NCBI RefSeq assembly: GCF_001194135.2
Contig: NC_068981.1
Span: 191,830,818-191,880,325 of the forward strand
DNA: 49,508 bases
Direction: 5' to 3'
From: Octopus bimaculoides
Lineage: Eukaryota
In this document: in pieces, positions 45,975 through 49,508 of the stretch
How positions within the stretch are numbered: the first letter of the stretch is position 1
Layout of the letters: every line of letters starts with the position of its first letter
The notes under the pieces: model-generated
Seen by the model: the letters and a program-made list of their open reading frames with translations, nothing else
What the model was told of the DNA's origin: nothing
Database searches by the model: none
Translations under genes and position numbers: made by a program

Positions 45975-48129
45975 GGAAGTTGACAGCGACTCATGTATTC
46001 ATGTTGAAACAGTCACAAATAAGTATTACAACTCATATCTAAAATGAATTGCAGGAGACAGCATTCCAAAACAAATTGTGCAAGACAGACTGGATATTTA
46101 AAAAAAAAAAAAATTTCTACTCCTTAAAAAGGATCGATAAAAATAATTACTTTTTTTTTTTAAACTTATCTTTAAGTGTTAAGGTTGATTTCTTTACAAG
46201 ATTGCTCAGGTTGACATTAAATTTCTCTCTCTCTCTTTCAAGTGTGATATAATAATATTTCAAATAAAAATAATCCAAATATCATCACAGGAGTGCCGTG
46301 GGCAGAATTTGTCATTTATAGAGATGGTGGGCTAGCAGAAGACAAAGTGCCATAATGCATACATACAGTATTAATCAGGAGATAATAATGTGCTAGTAAA
46401 ATAGATTCACACAGAAAAAGCCATTGATATAAATAGCAATACAGTTTTAGAAAATGTACATGCAGATTGGATTGCATCAAATGATTTGCAGCAGTTTTAT
46501 GAAGGAGCCCTGTTGTCCATGTAATAATATATATATATACATACATATAGAGCTGTTTACATGACAGACTTGAAGCCTGAGAGTTTTACAATTGGATAAA
46601 TAGGAAGCTGTGACATTTATGTCTTTCCCAGGCTAAAATGAAGTGAAATGGTTACAACTTGTATCCAATGCCAGGTTGTACTAAGAATTTCTAATATTCA
46701 GCATATGCCACAATTAATTAGAATCCCACTCACTCCATTAGTTTTCTTTCTCATTATTATTCCATCTTATTTTTCAAGATGTTCACTGCCCCCACCTCCA
46801 AGAAGAAATATTTGTGATTACTGGAATCATTTAAACATAGAAAAGGAATTGCCAAATATTTCTATTCAGTATTTTTTCTTATTTTTCATAAATTTGTTGT
46901 TAGTTGGAATAATAAAGACAAAATAATGCGTAAATGACTTGAAAAGCAAAAACGATAACTTAATATAATTAGCAAGGAAAAAAATTGAATTAACATTTAG
47001 AAAATAAAGTTTAATAAACTAGAAAAGAGAACCAGATGATGTAGAGTTTGATTGAAGGAAGGGGACTTCTGCAATCTGTTCACATTATATATATATATAT
47101 ATATGTGTGTGTATATATAAGATGGAAATAACCTGTGTGTATTGGATGGAGCGATAATACAGAAGCTAGGGAAAATTGCTAATATGTAATTGAAATGTTG
47201 CCTGTAAAACTCATTAAAAGCTGAATCTGAATGTAACGACTATTAATAAATGTCTCCTGTATTAGACATTGAGATTAATACTTTGTCAATGAAAAAAAGT
47301 TTACTGTACATACATTACAAAAAGGTATACTTTACACCCATACACATGTATCTCTGGTGCATGCTGTGTCCTGTGTTAGCTGCTCTTGGCTGTGGAAATC
47401 CTAACCTTTGATATGTACTGCATAGATTAAATTTTTACTGTAACACAAACATCAAACCCTTACATCAGTAAAGGAATAGAAATATTTTTGTCAATGTACC
47501 AAATCAGAATTTCAATTAAAAAAAATAAAATAAAATAATTATTTTGTCAGAGCTGCTGTTGGTAAAAGTAAGATCTTTTGTGCCATTTGAGGAAATTTTT
47601 AAGAGTTTTCTTGTCAAGGGGGGACAATATGAAGACACTAGTAAAAACACTACATCACAGAGACATAATTACAAACAAGCAGGGATGGGCGGGGGAAGAA
47701 GGAAAAAAAAAGAATCAATCATTTTGATTGAGAGAGGAAAGCTAATGACAGACCTATTGAATATTTCACACTGGTATATCTTTCTGGTCAGAGGAAGCAT
47801 ATCACTGACAAGAGTGAATGGATTAGAAGAGACACGAGAGATGACTGGGAAGCTGAGAATTTAGAAGCCATACACAGAAGGAATACACGCACTTCTGGAA
47901 ACTAAAATTTCAATATCACAGAATAATTACTAGATTTCTTTTTTTTGTTTGTTTGTTTGTTTTTGTTGTTTTGTAAATCTTTAATGTCTATTTTCATTGA
48001 TCAATCTCTCACCAGTTTCTGTTGTTGTCACCTAAGTGATGATATACTCTCTTCTCTATTTAAACACTTTGGTTGATGCTGACACTGCAGTAGTTTTAAT
48101 GAAAATTGCCCATCCTCACAAAGCCAGTC

Positions 48130-48357
48130 TCAGGAGTCCAGAAGTCCAATGGTAGATAAAGGCTTATTAAGCGATGAGCTGCGGTAAAGACCTTCTATGT
48201 AGGAGTTCTGTAAAGAAGGTGGCGCAGTGGTGGTAGTACTGCTGCCACCCGACTCACTTCCTGCATCAGTGCCACCATTTGCTTGATTATCAAGGCGTTG
48301 GGAGCTTCCACGCCACTTGTAAGACTGGACAGACGTTGACCGGCAGTCTATGTTGTA
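48130..48357 (-). CDS. Terminal coding exon of an unidentified convergent gene (YNIDCRSTSVQSYKWRGSSQRLDNQANGGTDAGSESGGSSTTTTAPPSLQNSYIEGLYRSSSLNKPLSTIGLLDS*)
   Basis: Strong - strand acceptor (CCTTTTCCTTTTTTCTTTTCCAG ending 48358), GC-rich island in AT-rich DNA, 75 open codons to TGA. Frame assumes phase 0; phase 2 gives a 21-aa alternative. Confidence 0.7.
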   Translation of the reverse strand, partial: YNIDCRSTSVQSYKWRGSSQRLDNQANGGTDAGSESGGSSTTTTAPPSLQNSYIEGLYRSSSLNKPLSTIGLLDS

Positions 48358-49430
48358 CTGGAAAAGAAAAAAGGAAAAGGTAAATATATTGACTTCTAGC
48401 CATGTCGTGTTATAACGATAATTCTATTAAAGCATATGATGGAAACTACAGAATTGGGTTAAACAGTAACTGGACACTCATGCTTAATAAATATTTTTAA
48501 AAAATGGTTGAGTTTTGTTTCATTTTCCTGTTGATAAATCTTGATCAATGACTATTCAAAAATATTTTCTGATTCAGTGATGCTGTGAAATAATGTGCCA
48601 CATATATTTTCATAAAACAACAATTTATATCCTTTTAATTAGTTTTTAATTTCTTTGACTTTTGAGAGATAACTCTAAGTGAGTCAATAAGCAGAATAAA
48701 TTGAATGTTTAGAATGAACAAAAAAAAAAAAAAAATTAAGTATTTAGTATTTGAAAGTTTGAGTGAAATCAGAGCCAATTGCTTTAATTATAATTAATCA
48801 AATAATGTGCTATCATTGGGATTTGTTATGAAGGTAAGCCATATACATTTATATGTGCTCTCAGATAATATATTAGACAGAAAAAGAAAAATGAGATTAG
48901 TGATTAATTAATTAATTAATATACTAAGTGTCACGAGTGCTGTACTGTTCCTTGTGATTAATTTACAGAGTGTCATAGGTGCTGCATTGTTCCTAAGTGA
49001 ATAAAAACATCTTTCTCAAATTGCTTTCCTTGGGAAGTTAATCCATGTGTTTGTAGGTGAGAGATGGACATGAGAAAGACATGCCAATCAGCAGATGGTG
49101 AATGAAGTTAGTAATAAGCTGAAATGAAGATCAAGAGTGATTTTTTTAATACTGCAAATAGCTAGTAAACAATGTGATGTGCTCTAGAGAGAAGTAAATC
49201 TAGCTGGTGAATTAGGATTAGAAACTTCTGTTGTTGACTAAAATACTTGCTGTTGCATAAATCAGTTGTGCAGTCAGCGATGGCCATCTTTAAGAGGTCT
49301 TTTGGATTTCAGCTGGAATCAAAAAAACACCAAATTCTGGTTCAGAGCAAACAATTCATAGTTAATCCTGGTTCCACACTTTTGTTTTAGTATAACAATT
49401 ATGGAAGATTGTGACTTTGGAGTAATAAAG

Positions 49431-49476
49431 ATATATATATATATATATATATATAGATATATAGATATATATATAG

Positions 49477-49507
<31 letters not shown>

Positions 49508-49508
49508 A
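49431..49508. repeat. Compound (TA)n/(TAGATA)n/(AG)n microsatellite
   Basis: Direct reading. Confidence 0.95.

Noticed and set aside
452-47864. Most 60-140 aa ORFs in the supplied track
   Set aside because: They overlap SINEs, microsatellites or AT-rich intron (HTHTHT, IYIYIY, CVCVCV runs) or are read-through extensions of real exons; no protein-family signal.
48130-48357. Frizzled as the downstream neighbour, by analogy with vertebrate CDK14-FZD1 synteny
   Set aside because: The peptide lacks KTxxxW and a terminal ETxV-type motif, and the gene is convergent.

Overview
AT-rich, intron-dominated animal genomic DNA, most likely octopus (inferred from the SINE, MITE and RTE-LINE repertoire; not confirmed by search). 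Most of the window is one + strand gene, a PFTAIRE kinase (CDK14/Eip63E orthologue). I resolved 14 phase-compatible GT-AG coding exons from 7882 to the stop at 39220 (1374 nt, 457 aa, 5' end and start codon not found), a probable 3'UTR intron (39249-39807) and a long repeat-free 3'UTR. A convergent - strand gene contributes what looks like its last coding exon (48130-48357, unidentified). Between the two genes is an internally deleted mariner with intact TIRs and TA duplications. The introns hold several tRNA-derived SINE families, two TTAA-flanked piggyBac-like MITE families, RTE and CR1-group LINE fragments, microsatellites and two 10-N gaps. The most notable observation is a 171-bp, 97.7% identical inverted duplication (31360-31530 vs 36363-36533) bracketing four kinase exons, a candidate dsRNA substrate for editing or back-splicing. 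I saw no new multi-gene system, and most ORF-track entries are repeat-derived noise.
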